64,000 nucleotides of DNA from Chrysomallon squamiferum (lineage: Eukaryota; Animalia; Mollusca), in assembly GCA_012295275.1 (NCBI GenBank), contig CM022677.1, positions 10,168,001 to 10,232,000 on the forward strand, written 5' to 3'. Shown piece by piece: positions 1 to 14,656 of the stretch. The notes beneath the pieces are model-generated. The model was not told the origin of the DNA, made no database searches, and worked only from the letters and a program-made list of their open reading frames with translations. The translations under genes were made by a program, and so were the position numbers. Positions within the stretch are counted from its first letter, which is position 1; each line of letters opens with the position of its first letter.

Positions 1-419
1 GCGTTAAGTTGTTCTTGTGAAAAAAGATTCACTTGTCTATATCTGAAATAAAAGTCGTGAATGTTTGTTTGTTTCAATTTTCTCTCTAATTAAATAATCA
101 GCCTGATGTACATTTCATCTATCTGCATATTTAAAACTAGAAAAATCAAGATTTGTAATTTTTCTCTAATACAACATAATGACTTACTCGCATGTGGTCG
201 AATTCCCAGTTGTAGATAATCAACAACAGACACTGTTGAGTAGTTTCACTGCTGATATACGTACATGTTGTAATCTCAGTCGTGAAACTTTCCAGATTCG
301 TTGGAAAATATTATTACTGTCTGTTAATAATCTGAGAGTTCCATGTTCAACGGATTTGTCATTACATTTGCTTGCAACTCATTAAAAGTATCAAGATGTG
401 GACAGCTGTGATATAATAA

Positions 420-938
420 TGTTAGATGTGTTTCTGCTGCCTCAGAGACATCGAGACCTGGATGCATTGCAACAAGATGAAGCTGAATGCTGACAAGACT
501 GAAGTGATGTTCACTTCTGGATATAACTCAAAGACGTTGACCCAGTACCAGTTACTGTGGGTGATGCCTCATTAACTCTGCAATCAGAGAATTCATTAAG
601 ATGACTTCCTGCAGACAGAGATGTTTCAGTTATGCTGCACTGACTCTGTGGAACTCAAGGAACATCAGAGAGGCTGAACATTCAAAAACCTGTAAACCAA
701 TTTCTTTCAAGTCCAGTTTGTTAATATATAGTTATGTTTTGTTTTTCCAATTTTTAAAATATGACTCATTTATTTTACCGCCATTTTAACATGTTCACCA
801 TTACGTTTATATTTATTTTAATATATTTATGTTCATGTCTTTTTATATTTTAGTTTATTAGTTTGAACTGTAAGACACCTTTGAACTTACTTAGTATTGA
901 ACAAAAGTTGCTATATAAATTTAATAATAATAATTTAA

Positions 939-1001
<63 letters not shown>
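420..1001 (+). mobile_element. Degenerate 3' remnant of an L2/CR1-clade LINE ending in an (AAT)n tail
   Basis: Translates to CLRDIETWMHCNKMKLNADKTEVMF (RT C-terminal motif W-M-x-x-N-x-L-x-L-N-x-x-K-T-E) at ~436-512 and RCFSYAALTLWNS (cf. R-A-F-S-x-x-A-P-x-L-W-N-x-L) at ~615-657. These are followed by a tgtaag...gctatataaat 3' end and an (aat)n tail. Confidence 0.8.
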
Positions 1002-1003
<2 letters not shown>

Positions 1004-1919
1004 CAGGATCTTTCAAATTAATTTAGAACTGTTTTAATAAACATATATTTAAAATTATTTCTAACCTCAAGGCAAATACGACAAAATTAAAAATAATATT
1101 TCTGATATTTCAGTTGTTTAGTAGCAGAATTTGATGCTTTCCAAGGCTGTATATGATCAAATATAAAAGTACTTTTGTATTTCACTTCTTCTTTAAGAAA
1201 TATTTGCTTTTAATTTATTTTTTTATAATAATTTAATTTGACTCTTTTCAAAAGCAAATTAAAATTCAATGTTTGGTCTGAAAATCATTCAGGCAATGTT
1301 GTTGATAGTTCTTCACAGAAGATATGTATTTTTTGAAATCATATGGTAATTTTATGAAATTAAGTTTATACTTATTAAAAGAATAATAATGTGTAATAGT
1401 TTCAATGGTATGTTTTTATTTTTTAACAGAAAATGTCTAAGACTTGCTATCTGAATATTTTGTACATTAACTTTCTGTTACATTTCTCACAAATCAATTT
1501 TTTTATTATTTTAATTTTTGTGAAAGATGCAAATATACAATTTTTACTTATTATGATTGGAATATATACTTGATAGATTTTGAAATAAGTTTTATTGATG
1601 ACATATCTTAAAGAGACTAAATTGTTTTGTTTCAGTCATTGTTTTTAGATACATCTGTTCAGTGTTTTAAACCTAATTTGTTTTTTCCTTTAGAAAGAAA
1701 TATCATTTTCCAAGACTTTTAAGTACAGAAATACATCAGAAAGATGAAAAAACAAAGAGCACATCAAGTAACTAAGTTTTATATTAATATTTACAGTGTG
1801 TTCAATCTAGAATTAAAATAATTAAGAAAGGATAAAAACGAAAAAAGATAACAGGTAGAAACTGTGGTTAATGTAAATCAGGTAATTAAGTTCTTTATTA
1901 AACTTTATGTTGTATTCAG

Positions 1920-2335
1920 TCTGTCTGTGTTTGAGTGTCTCTCTGTGCATGCCTATGTTTTTGTGTTTGTGTGTGTGTCTGTGTGTGTGTGTGTATGTGT
2001 GTCTATGTGTGCATGCCTATGTTTTTGTGTTTGTGTGTGTGTGTGTCTGTGAGTGTCTCTGTGTGCATAACTATGTTTTTGTGTTTGTGTGTGTGTGTGT
2101 CTGTGTTTGAATGTCTCTCTGTGCATGCCTATGTTTTTTTGTGTGTGTGTGTCTGTGTGTGTGTCTATGTGTGCATGCCTATGTTTTTGTGTGTGTTCTG
2201 TGTGTCTGTGTGTGTGTCTATGTGTGCATGCCTATGTTTTTGTGTATGTGTGTGTGTGGATGTGTGTGTCTGTGTGTGTGCCAATATATATATGTGTCTG
2301 TGTGTATCTATGTCTGTCTATGTTTGTATGTATTT
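1920..2335. repeat. Compound (TG)n minisatellite with recurring unit gtgcatgcctatgtttttgtg
   Basis: About six copies of the unit are embedded in TG runs. This explains the spurious Cys/Val ORFs. Confidence 0.9.
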
Positions 2336-2546
2336 GAGTTTTGTTGTCTTTTTTAATGTACATATATTTATTTTGTTATAAACTGATTGAAGGTACAATG
2401 AATACAAAGCAGATATCTAAGTTTTAAACTACAGTTTAAAATTATCTAGAATTAGAAATGTTATAGAATAGTGCCACTTATTATTGAATTTACTAGTGAA
2501 ATACATGTTAGTGAGTTGTTAAGAAAGACTGTTAATAAAAATTTCA

Positions 2547-2583
<37 letters not shown>

Positions 2584-2964
2584 CATGAACTCAAACTGAA
2601 AAGAACTTGGGTGATGAATTAAATAAAATAAAATTTGAAAATTAAAATTCTAAAAATCATGTAATCAAGCTGGTGCCAGAACTTACCAAGTTGATAACTG
2701 TAAGACACAGTTTCACACTTTACATGTTATATAAAGCATAAAATAAATCAGCGTATAAAAACAAGTAAAAGAGAGAGAGAGACCTTTTCCAGAATGCTAC
2801 TAAAAAGGGAGTGCAACAGTTACAATGTACAGTTTTAGTTATACACAAACTAATGTTATAAATGTGTCTGTTTATATTCACTGATAGATAAACAAGTTCA
2901 CTGGATCATTCTTCCATTCAGTAAATTTTGTAAAAAAAATGTTTTAATTTTTTCTTCTTTATAG

Positions 2965-3100
2965 TGCTCCAACCTGACAAACCAGAATTCAGAAGAGCTT
3001 AAAACATTAAAGAAAAAACCCAGCATTACAAAGCAGAAGATGAACTGAAACTTCTGAAAGAGTAAAGCTGACGCATGTTCAACACTTGATTTTATTTCAG
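2965..3100 (+). pseudogene. Orphan stop-interrupted exon, possibly part of a decayed + strand gene spanning ~1693-3630
   Basis: Polypyrimidine-tag acceptor and gtaagt donor enclose LQPDKPEFRRA*NIKEKTQHYKAEDELKLLKE*S*RMFNT. Similar exon-like pieces lie at ~1694-1768 and ~3516-3628. Confidence 0.4.
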
Positions 3101-4196
3101 TAAGTAGACAACACAACAGAGAGCCATTAAATTTTTACTTTTTATTTTTTTTACACAGTAAATAATAAGTTAAAAATGTTAATAATCTGAAGGACAAACT
3201 TGAAATCAAATAATTATAACAATGTTAAGGAACAAATCAATTTTCATAAAATGTGTTTTGATTAAAAAAAAGAATTAATGAGCACTTGGCTTTTTCATGT
3301 TTTTTAATGCTGTATTTGTTTTTTATTTTCATTTTGTCATTACCAGAGTTAATAAAATAATTATGTAGTGTGAATTAATTCAGCTGAATCAGTCAGGATA
3401 ACAAATATTATTATAAACAACACAACAGTTTTAATGATGTCATCCTATTCAGAACTGTTAAGTATTTCTTATTTACTAAGATTTGTAATATAAGAAAATG
3501 TTTCTACATTTGGCAGAGAGGAAAATGACAGAAATTAGAGAAGAAAACGTCAGGTGTGATGTAATGGAAAACACATTTTCAGAGAAACTTATCAACCTTG
3601 CAAACTTTCTAAAGAACTAACAAAGGCTAGTAAAGGATTAAGATTAATAACATTATTTAGTAATTAATTATATTTGTATATTTATATTTAATAACTTTCT
3701 TTTGACTAAAATCTGTTAACACTTTTTATTTATCATCTTTGAACAGTCTCAGTTACAAAGTTTGTCTTGGTTCATCTGGTACTATTACCTTTTTTTTACC
3801 TCATTTTTATATATATATATATACTTGTATTCTTTAAAAATATAAAACATTATTTACTGCAGATATAAAACTGATTTCATCACTCTTTAAGTATTATTCA
3901 AATTAGTTTTTTCTGTTTCAATATATGTCACATTTCAATATTAATTTTTATCATATCTTTTTAAAAAGGTAATTTATATCACTGTATTTCTTAAAATATT
4001 AAAATATAATTTACTATTTCTTAAATGTTTTGTGTAACTGATATGAATTTATTTTTTCTTTGTATTTTGTACATTGAAAATGTTTTATACTTTTATTCTT
4101 ACATTTGTTTATCACCATAACTGCTTTTAATTTCATTTTTGTTTTTGTTTCATGGTTACTTAAAAAATAACTACAACCACTGCAACTACTACAACT

Positions 4197-4228
<32 letters not shown>

Positions 4229-5304
4229 AGGCTTTAGCATAATGTCAAATATTTTTAATTTCTGAAGTTTAATTAAATTAATTTCAAACAAACCATGTCT
4301 ACTTTTCAAAATGTGATGTTCAAAATAGCTTACTTAATTAATTAGCTTCCACAATCCTATAACATCTAATCCAAACAGATATAATGCTCAGAATAGCCAC
4401 CCATCAAATGAATGTACTGCCAGAAGCCTGTAAACATTTAATATCTAAAATAAACAGATCAGTTTATTGCAAACATTAAAACTACAACGACAGTAATGTT
4501 TTGCCTTCTCACATTTACCTGTATGTTCATGGTCAGATTCTCTGTCATCTCTAATAAGACTCCTAGTAAAATAATTTTCAATATAGTCTGTGTATGAGGG
4601 AATACAATGCATTAGTCTTAATGGCTCATCTTCTCACCTGTTCCTGCATAATATAAAAAATGCACTTCAAGTTATTTTACTGAGCACACCTTCCACTCTA
4701 ACTATACATCTACATCAGACTATCTCTCTGTGTCTATCAGTCTCTATTTTTCTATGTATTCATCTGACTATATAGCTGTCTGTCTGACTATCTCTAATTA
4801 TTTATCTCATGCAGAATCACAGACAATTTCAGTAACACATAAACACATGTACTGAATTGTACACCCCAGTTCCTTTTTTCACATTCTCATAAAAACACCC
4901 TCTTTCAAAACTTATTTATTATCCAATCCTCATTTAACAACACTTTCTTATATTATATGTTAATGTGTATGTGTGTGTATGTATGTATGTGTGTATATAT
5001 TTATATACACAACATACAACACACACACACACTAACATACACCACACAGATACATATACACACACCAAAAGCCTACTTATCTATCTCTCAAAAAAACCAA
5101 CACACACTCATTGATCTAATATAAAGACACTCAAACACTCATGCATACACCCATCCTTTCTAACACACAAAACTGTATATGTGAACATAACAACCTTACA
5201 CCATCTGTCTTTCTGTGTGTCTCTCCATCTATAGAAACACTCACATATAACAAACCCATCATCTTTGTCTCCATTTTTACACAGGCACACATTTCACCTC
5301 CTTT

Positions 5305-5317
5305 CTCTTACATACAT

Positions 5318-5348
<31 letters not shown>

Positions 5349-5860
5349 TACATACATACACACATACACACATACATACATACACACATACATACAAACA
5401 TACATACATACATACATACATACACACACATATACACATACACACATACATACATACACACACATACACACATACATACTGTCACAAAAACACACAGCCA
5501 CTTGTCCTTCCACACATGTATCTATCCATTCTCTCGATTTAGTATAAAATCTAGTTTTCCACAGTTGCTTGCAAATAAATAAGTAAATAAATATAATATA
5601 CATATATACAGCACACAAATAAATAAATAAATGAACAAACAAACAAACAAACAAACAAATAAATGAATAAATGAACAAACAAACAAACAAACAAATAAAT
5701 GAATAAATGAACAAACAAACAAACAAACAAACAAATAAATGAATAAATAAATAAAAAAATAAAACAAAAACTAAATAAATAAATGAATAAATGAAATAAA
5801 TGAATAAACAAATAAATAAATATATAAATAATAATAAAAAATATAAAAAATAAATAAATA
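5305..5860. repeat. (CATA)n/(CA)n and (AAAC)n/(AAAT)n microsatellite cluster
   Basis: Seen directly in the sequence. Confidence 0.95.
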
Positions 5861-7077
5861 AAAGATTCAGTTATAAAAATGCAGGTTTCCTTCAAAAAGG
5901 TGTAAGTTAGTAAACTGATTATTTTACTGTTATGGTAAAAATACAAATTTAGTGTCAACTATTGCAATACTGACAGTGAAGAAAAAGGAATTTCATTCAG
6001 CAAACTAACTTTCATTCAGAAAAAAAAAAAAAAAAATGAAAAAGAAGTAAAACTAAATAAATAAGTAATAAATAAATTAAAAATTTATAAAGTAAGATTT
6101 TTTCATTTTTGTTGCTAGTAGTGAAAACTTACTTTTTTCAGTGATGACAGTTAAAATATTCTAATTTTGTCCACTGTCCAATGTAAAAATGTAGTAAACT
6201 TAGTATTTCAGTGCTGTATGTTACATAAACAAAATCATATACAAGGAGGCCTTTTACACACATACACACCCATCCTGACTCCCTCTAGCAGACAAACACA
6301 AATACTCAGTCTTTCTTACACACACAAACATATAATATACATATATACAGCACACACAGATACTCAGTCTGTATTACACATACAAACACATATACATAAT
6401 CCACCTTTAATCTTTGCTTAATTTTCTGTCTGTGTATCTGTCTATCTCCTCATCTGTCCATCATAAAATTCAAAAAAATTAATAATAAAACATGTATAAA
6501 TCATAAAGCAATAAATATAATATTTTTTCTAAATTACATTACTAAGTAGAAGTTTTCAGTAATTATTCCCTCTCTTTAATTTTAAAAAGTGTTGAATCCA
6601 CTAGTCTATACTCAGTCCCAACGATCCTGATCAAAAGACAACATCAAGCTGTGTGTGTTGTTACTAGATAGAAATAGGTAATAGTTCTGCTGCATGCAAA
6701 GAATATAAATCCTATTACAGGAATCTCCACCATTTTCATTTGTAATAATAAAATAAATAAAATTAAATAAAATTAAAATTAAATAATGATGTGATAGTTC
6801 TAGTGTTTTTGTGGTAGTAATATGGATATTTACAATGTTTTATTTGTTCATGCATAGCTTTAAATTAATAAATAATCACACTGCTTAAGCACATTATGTA
6901 AAATAAATCTTCTGTTAAGAGGAAACATTTTTGTTGGTATGTTTAGATGTATCTCTGTGTGTGTGTGTGTGTGTGTGTGTTTATATATAAATAATTTATC
7001 TTTACTAGATAACGAAACGAAAAAGTAGATTTTATTGTCATTGGGAATATCTATCTAATGGATCAACAGAAAGCAGC

Positions 7078-7428
7078 AGTAATAATGCCAACTGAGCACA
7101 ATTCTGTGGCTGTGGTTGATGCTGCCTCAGTCATCTATCCAACTCGTCCCATAAATGCGCTATAGGTTCAAAACCGGAGATTTAGAGGGCCAGGGCAGGA
7201 CCTGAATGTTATTGTTGTGTAGGTTCGCTGTTGTGAGTCTGGTTGTATGTGGTCTCGCATTGTTGTGCTGGAATACAGTGTACCATAATTCATAACTGGA
7301 GTGACATGTGGCTGCAAAATTTCATCTCAGTATCTCTGTGCCTTTAAGATGCCTTGGGTGTGAACCAGGTTGGTCCTGCCAGTGTATGAGATTGCTGCCC
7401 ACACCATCAAACTACCACCGCTAAAGCT
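7078..7428 (-). mobile_element. Tc1/mariner transposase remnant (DDE domain C-terminal half)
   Basis: The minus strand reads GGSLMVWAAISYTGRTNL...AQRY*DEILQPHV...FQHNNARPHT...IQVLPWPSKSPVLN...HLWDELDR. These match the Tc1 motifs GGSVMVWG, FQQDNARPH and WPxxSPDLNPIEHLW, with stops and frameshifts. Confidence 0.92.
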
Positions 7429-10400
7429 ATATACATATAGGGCTTCTCCAAGTTAAATTAAAGTAAATATCGTCATCAACCTCCTAATAATTCTCACCTT
7501 ATCCAAAAATCACAACCGTTTGTATGGCTAAATTAATCATCGAATACAATTTACATTTTTTTATTATGAATAATCAGTTTACTTTAACACGATCTCACGA
7601 ACGTTTCTACCCTTAACTTGATCTATATATTTTATTTACTAGCAGCAGAAGGAAAAAATGTGGTATTTTAATATGTATACGTTTGTTTTCCAACGATAAA
7701 CATTGCGTGAATAATAAAAAATAATGTTCGTTATGTTAAATTTAATTACCTACAACATACAGAAAAATAGGATTTCATCGATAATTTCCATTTGTTAATA
7801 ACATATTACAGATATGCAGATCCATGAAAAAATTATTTTATATAACTTTAAATTTCAGAAAAAATGGATATATCAGTAATTTTTAAAATTTTAAAGATAC
7901 ACTGAAAAGGTGATATAGAAGTATTTTTTGAATTATGAACACTGAAAAATTAATTTATAAACCTAGTTTCTCTTCCTTTATTTATTTATTTATTTATATA
8001 CGTACTTATTTACTTTCTTACTTATTTAAAAAGTACACTAAATTCATCTCGAATTAAAGCAATAACCAGTTTTACGATCCATGTAAGTGTAAACGAATAA
8101 TATATTATTAGAATCAATCAAATAATTAAAAAAACTGAAGAAGAAATAAAACAAATAAAAGAAAATAATAATAAATAGATAAAATAATAAAAATAACTCC
8201 TCGAAAATAATTATCAGTATTTAATGTGATGAGCATTTTAGGTTTTTACACAGATAACAAGAAATTGAGAGAGGAATTTACTTTGTTTCATTTCTGTCAG
8301 TAGAAACTGTTTGTAGAATAAACTGGACTCAGTGAGAAAATCACGGGTCACGGGTTACGCATCAAAGTTGTAGAACTTTAATATCGTCAAAACAGTTTAT
8401 AGTGAATACAATTTACAATTTTATTATCATTGATATTTCTTGTTAATTCTTTCTGCACCACTGAATATAATAATAGGAACTGTAAGCTTATCCTTTTATT
8501 TTGTAGGAGAATCACAATGCACATGAAGATAAAACAACAGAAAAAAAATATGAAAAAAAGCAAAAAGCAAAACAAAACAACTATCTTTTAACAAAGCGAA
8601 TGTGTGGGTCTTCAGTAGGGTTTTGAATATATTACTGCGTACTTATATATGTATATATATATATATATACATCAGTTCCATTTTAATGCCATTTTTTTTA
8701 TTAACAAAAGGTGAGACATTCTATTATATTATGTACTAAACATTATAATTAAAATAATCACTATTCATGAAAATGATATTTACTCATGAAAATGCCCTGT
8801 ATTTTGAGAAATATAGACCGTACTCTTAGTTAATACATTTTTAAATTATTAAGCATTGAATAAAAGTTTAATGTGGTATTCCGTTATAATTAATTACAGG
8901 AGGATTTTTTGTTTATGGAATCGCAATGTATAATCAGAAATACTGAATCGACTTCGATATTAATATTAATGAATAAATTATATTGAGAGTTATTAATGAA
9001 AACTGAAGTATGCACTGCGCTCATGTTAATAGGGACTAACAGACTCAACTATAAACTATTCTGATAACGAGAATAAATGAAAAAAACGTTTCCTTCTTTT
9101 TTACTTTAACATTGATGATCGTACTTTCAGCGTGAGATATCCCGTTTATTTTATAACACAAACACTTTTCATACGAATAACTTAGGACTGTGCAAAAATA
9201 ACATATTTTTACTTAAGAATACTGCTACTTACACAATAATTTCTTATAAGACGCAATTTTAATTCCGACTGCACTATTTATGTTGAAATTAATATTATAT
9301 TTTATTATCTACATCACACAATATATTCATAATAAGCGATACTAATATTTTATACTTTAGAAGAAGACAGGTTTCTTTTTTTTTAATATTCTGTTAATAT
9401 TACTGCTTCACCTTTTATTGTAATTTACAGCGTAGTATTACATTTGCGTAACTGTAAACAGGGATATTACCAAAGAAATACTAAATATCTAAACTATCAT
9501 GTAAACTACAAAAGTCTTTTTTCCATTATGCCGTGTAAAAATCATCACTGTAATAGTATTCTTAACAAAATATTCATTATTACATATAAATCTCAATGTA
9601 TTCATTAAAAACAGCTACTAGCAGTAAATGTAACGTAATTAGTAAAGAACTGCAATAAAATACCACGTTAACATATTCTAGGCGCTACCTAGCAGGAAGC
9701 TATAAATTATAGTTTGTTGTTAATAGAATTACGTAACTGCAACATTGTTAATTTAAAAATAGACACTACAGAAGAAATACTAAATATTTTTCAATGTATT
9801 TTACATGGCGGTGGAGAACTGATATTAATTTTCTGTTTTAAGTTATCTGCTGAAAATTATTCATCTTATTAAAATAACTCATTAATGTTGTTTTTAAATT
9901 AAATATTCCCTTTTTTCTCAGACATCGTATTCTTTTCCTGTGCAATCTCTACCAGTGTAATTAAAGGCACATTAATCTGTATTTCTCAATATTTCATAAA
10001 TTAATACCTTCTCCTTTGATATATGTTTAATGCACGAAAAAATAAACTATAATATCACATATCCCACACCCTCACGAACACTATATATTTTAATATTTGT
10101 ATTATGTACACAGTATTACGATTGAAAAAGTCACGAATTCTTAATAAAAAATATCACGTTGTTTCTTGCTCAGCTGTTTGTAAATCAAAGATAATTACAG
10201 TTCTGATGTCTCAAGTTATCGGCAGATATTTTTTCAGAATGTGATAAAGATAACTAATGTATTTATTATAATTTATAAAAATTCTTCTTTAACTGAATAT
10301 CAGTGTTGTCGTTAATACTGCCGTAAAGGTAGCAAAAAGCATTTTTTAAATAGATTTTTCAGAGATACTGGAAAAGGCGTGACTGCGAAAAGTTAATGTG

Positions 10401-11703
10401 ATTTTGTGTTATTTAAACGATAATTACATAATGATGTCAAGAAATAAGAGATTAATGTTTTATCGAGACTGAATAGTATTAAAGATTATAAAAAGAAAAG
10501 TTTTTAATTTGTCTTCGCCTCAGAACTTGTTATTCACGATAGTCTTTTTTCTTTTGGAAGATGTAAAACTAATGTCGTAATCGAGACTCATTTCCGACTC
10601 GCACGTGGCTTTGTGTCTGCTAAAAAAATAATTTTAAAACCCTCCAAAATTTTAATCTGCATTTACTGTTGAACGAAAACAGATAATTTTGAATTCGCTG
10701 ATAAGAAATATTCACTTATTAATAATGTTAATGACATCAAACGAAATAACAATTCGGAACTCTTCGGTATGGAACTAGGCAGATAGTAAAGTTTTCATTT
10801 TCTTAAACAATTGAAATTATACTAAATAAGAATTTTTTTAAAAATATATATATATTGTTTTCTTATTTATTTATTTACTTATTTATTTATAATTATTATT
10901 AACACTGAACAGTCCATGCATTTTTCATTATCAGTAATAGAAAATATATATTGATTTTGTTTCACAAAAAACAATGAAAAGTTAGTTTTTAAAAATGTGT
11001 GGTGCTATAAGAAGCATGAAGAAAATGCATTTTCTACAGAAACACATGAAAAATATCAAATAACCCCATATTTTATAATCAATAGTGAACTAGTAAATTA
11101 AGTAAATTATTCATTTTTCGCAGTGACAGAATTTTTTATTTTTTATTATTATTATTTGTTTTTTATATTGTTCTTGCTATTTTTTTTTAAAGTTTTTGAA
11201 AACATTAAATTTCAATTTTTTCTTTATAAAGAGCTCAGAGCATACTGAGATGTGAAGATTAATGTATTTTATTTTTCTATTAAAAAGGAAGAAGTGAGAA
11301 GAACTGAAATTAAGGTGTGTTATTACCTACACACAGACTGATATTGAAAAGAAGAGGTGTAAAGGTTATACCAACTTTTATTGAAAACAAGAAGCCCAGT
11401 AAATGGGAAGAAATATGGATGGGCTTCCAGATAAGTGCCCTTTATAAATAAATGTATTAGGGTGAAGATAAATTGATAGAGAGGAAGACACACAGAAAGA
11501 AAGAGAAGGTACAGTGAGAGAGAAAATAAATAAAATTATATAGATAGAGTGTGTTTGTAGATGGACAGACAGAAATACAGTTGTAATATAGGTATGTAGG
11601 CATAGATAGATATGCAGATAGGCAGGGTGTTTGTGATTGTGAAGGAAAATGTGCTTGTGAGTTTTTTGAAGAGTGGCTGTGAATTTAATGTCTATATGTT
11701 ACA

Positions 11704-12487
11704 GTCAATCTGTCAAACTAGTCATTTGCCCTAATGGTTGAAATGTTTAGCATACCACCCAAGACAATCAGTGTTTTTTCCTAATGAGTAAAATTTATAG
11801 GAATTAGGCCAAATGACTGAAATAGACCTTTAGTCATTAGGCAAAATGAATGAATGAAGAAGAATGATTTGCAGTTTCATGAACACATTTATTTTGAAAT
11901 AAATCACAAGTAGTGTTCTATTTATTACAGCAGTTCAAACTTGAGTAACATCTTGAATTGTTCTTGAAACATTTTGTTTGACAGCTTTATTTCACTTCAC
12001 AGTTGCATTTCACAAATTCTTGTCCTGCTGTGGTGGACTCCATTGACAGCCCTGCTCTAAGAGACATCATGAGACAACTGCAGTCTCTGTGGACACACAT
12101 CAAACTGGCTTCTGGCATTGGGCAGCATCTGGTCAAGATTGGAGTTCAGTGGCAGCTGGTCAAGACAGTTTCAAGATTGGAGTTCAGTGGCAGCTGGTCA
12201 GACAAGGCAGTTGCTAAAGTGGATGGTTGCTTGGTGCAGCTCCAGTTCTTCCTGAACTGAAAAAACTTGATGCCTACACCCCAGTTCTTAGTGGTCTTTG
12301 ACATAAAAATAACTCAACCACTAATTCCTACAATGAACAGATGTAAGAAAGCATTTCTGAATTACTATAGTCAAACACCACCATGGGAAATCCAGTCATT
12401 TGTTCTAATTCCTGGAAATTTTAGTCATTAGGCCTAATTTCTGATGGTTTCAGGTGTTAGGCTAAATAAGTAGTTTGACATATTGAC
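11704..12487. mobile_element. Non-autonomous TIR DNA element with subterminal tagtcattaggc-type repeats
   Basis: Left gtcaatctgtcaaactagtcatttgccctaa matches the reverse complement of the right end, gtcaatatgtcaaactacttatttagcctaa. An inner inverted pair lies at 11801-11823 / 12418-12440. The GC-richer interior may be a transposase relic. No clear TSD. Confidence 0.65.
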
Positions 12488-13380
12488 ATATATATGCACA
12501 TGTAAGAAAGTTTTCTTGTATATTTTTGAGTTCTAGACAGAGGGGATGGGCATACATTAAGTGTGTTTATAGATGGACAGACATACAGAAAAATAGATAA
12601 GTAAGGTAGTTACATAGACATTGATGTGTAGATAACTAGTTAGATGCATTGACCATACATGGATGGTTACTGATGGATCAGAATATTGAATATAGGAATA
12701 AGATACATACATAGATAGTATAGTATATGTGTGTGTGTATGTGCATATTTTTATTTCTAAAATCTGATATAGTAATAACTACAAAAACAACAACAATAAA
12801 AAATAAAAATATTTTAATAATATTTAAGATAATTCTAAAGATATATACAAGAACAACAATAAAAAGATAAATAAAGCTATTCTAATTATTATTTAATGCA
12901 ATCCTCAAATCATCATGTGATAACAACAATGATGAAAGGAGAAATAAAACTCTCTTAATGTAATAATAATAAATTAGTATTTCAATGTTGATACATTTCT
13001 TTCTAATAAAAAAAACAACAATAAAAAATATAAATAATAATTGATATAATTCTAAAAATATATAAAAGAACAACAACAATAAAAAGGGAAATAAGTTTTT
13101 TTTATTATTTTTAATATTTAATACAATGTTGAGATATTTCTTTTTAATAAAAACAAACAAAAAACAACAACAAATCTTATTATAAAGAATGTACAAAGTC
13201 AGTTACTATGTCATATTTAAAAAAAAAAAATTATAATTGAATATTTTTATTTTATTAGGCTGATTACTTATTAAAATAAAATAAAAATGTGTAAGTGACA
13301 CACATTTCCTTGTACAGCCTCCAGTCTACCCAACAATGTTTATTATGATTATTATTATTATTTATATATCATAGGTTTAC

Positions 13381-13624
13381 CTTTGTCTTCTCTCTTATTT
13401 TCAGAAATGTTTCTGTTTTCTTCACATCTGCTGTTGTTGCTGCAGTTGTTTCATCACCACTTTGTGCTGCTGTTCTCTTTAAGCTAGTTTCTGATTGAAC
13501 TGTGTTTTCTGATTGAACTGTGTTTTCACTGACTGTGTTACTGGTGTTTTCACTGACTGTGTTACTGGTGTTTTCTGCTTCTATCACTGGCACATGCTCT
13601 ACCTAACTCCATCATTTTTTTCAC
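13381..13624 (-). pseudogene. Orphan exon encoding a low-complexity S/T/E/N repeat peptide
   Basis: tttgtag acceptor and aag|gtaaac donor. The ORF reads VPVIEAENTSNTVSENTSNTVSENTVQSENTVQSE...KTK, with stops or a frameshift near the 5' end. Confidence 0.4.
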
Positions 13625-13780
13625 CTACAAACAAGTGATATTTTTACATACCTCTTATCTCTTTATAGCATTGTGTGTCATTCTGTTTCTACATACTTTT
13701 CTTTGTATGATGTGTAACGGTGAATTTGTATGGTGCATGTTATATGTATGTATGTAAGTGTGTGTGTGTGTGTCTGTGTA

Positions 13781-13811
<31 letters not shown>

Positions 13812-14439
13812 GTATGCATCTTGTATTAAGTTAGTGTGTGTGTGTGTGTGAATATCTCTGTGTGAGTGAGTTTCTGTGTGTATGTGTTTCTGTGTGTGTT
13901 TGTGTTTGCATGGATCTTTTTATAGGTATGCATATGTGAGTGTTTATGATGAATTATGAGTATTTTAATGTGAGTGTTTGATTTTAAATTAATTATTTAA
14001 AACAAAAAAATTAAAATAATTAAATATAAATAGGTATTTTATTCAATTTGTATTGCTGTTTAATTTCAGCAGGTAAAAAACAACATAAAATAGTAGAGCT
14101 AGATACATTGTCTTTATTATCAGATTTGTGTCTGTAATTATAATAATAGTGAGTAGGTTGTAGATGATATTAAAATATTTGTAGTGTTAAGGTTCTGATG
14201 TGTTTACACAAAATACAGAACATATATATGATTTGTTTTTTATATACAGATGTGCACATGCCTTGCAGAAGCATGACCAATACTTAGACTTTTTAAAATT
14301 ATTTTTATTTATTTATTTATTTATTTTATTTCTTAATAATTTTATGTTTTCTCTTTTTTTTCAAAGTATATAATCTGCAAAATGCCAAACTTTTTTACAA
14401 ACCAGAATGTAGAAACCAGTTATTTATCAAATGTGTGTG

Positions 14440-14656
14440 AACAGGTTGTAGATAATTATAATAATAGTGAATAGGGTTGTAGATGAAAATTATAATAATA
14501 GTGAATAGGTTGTAGATGATAATTGATAATTATAATAGTGAGTAGGTTTAGATAATTATTGTAACAGTGAGCAGAGATGTAGATGATAATTACAGTCAGT
14601 AGGTATGTAGATGATAATTATAATAATTGTGAGTAGGTTTCTAGATGATAATTACA
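14440..14656. repeat. Degenerate ~33-bp tandem repeat (ataatagtgagtaggttgtagatgataatt)
   Basis: About seven imperfect copies, plus an isolated copy at ~14135-14170. Confidence 0.8.

Noticed and set aside
1864-5958. Long Cys/Val-, His/Thr- and Phe/Ile-rich ORFs
   Set aside because: These are translations of microsatellites that are open in several frames.
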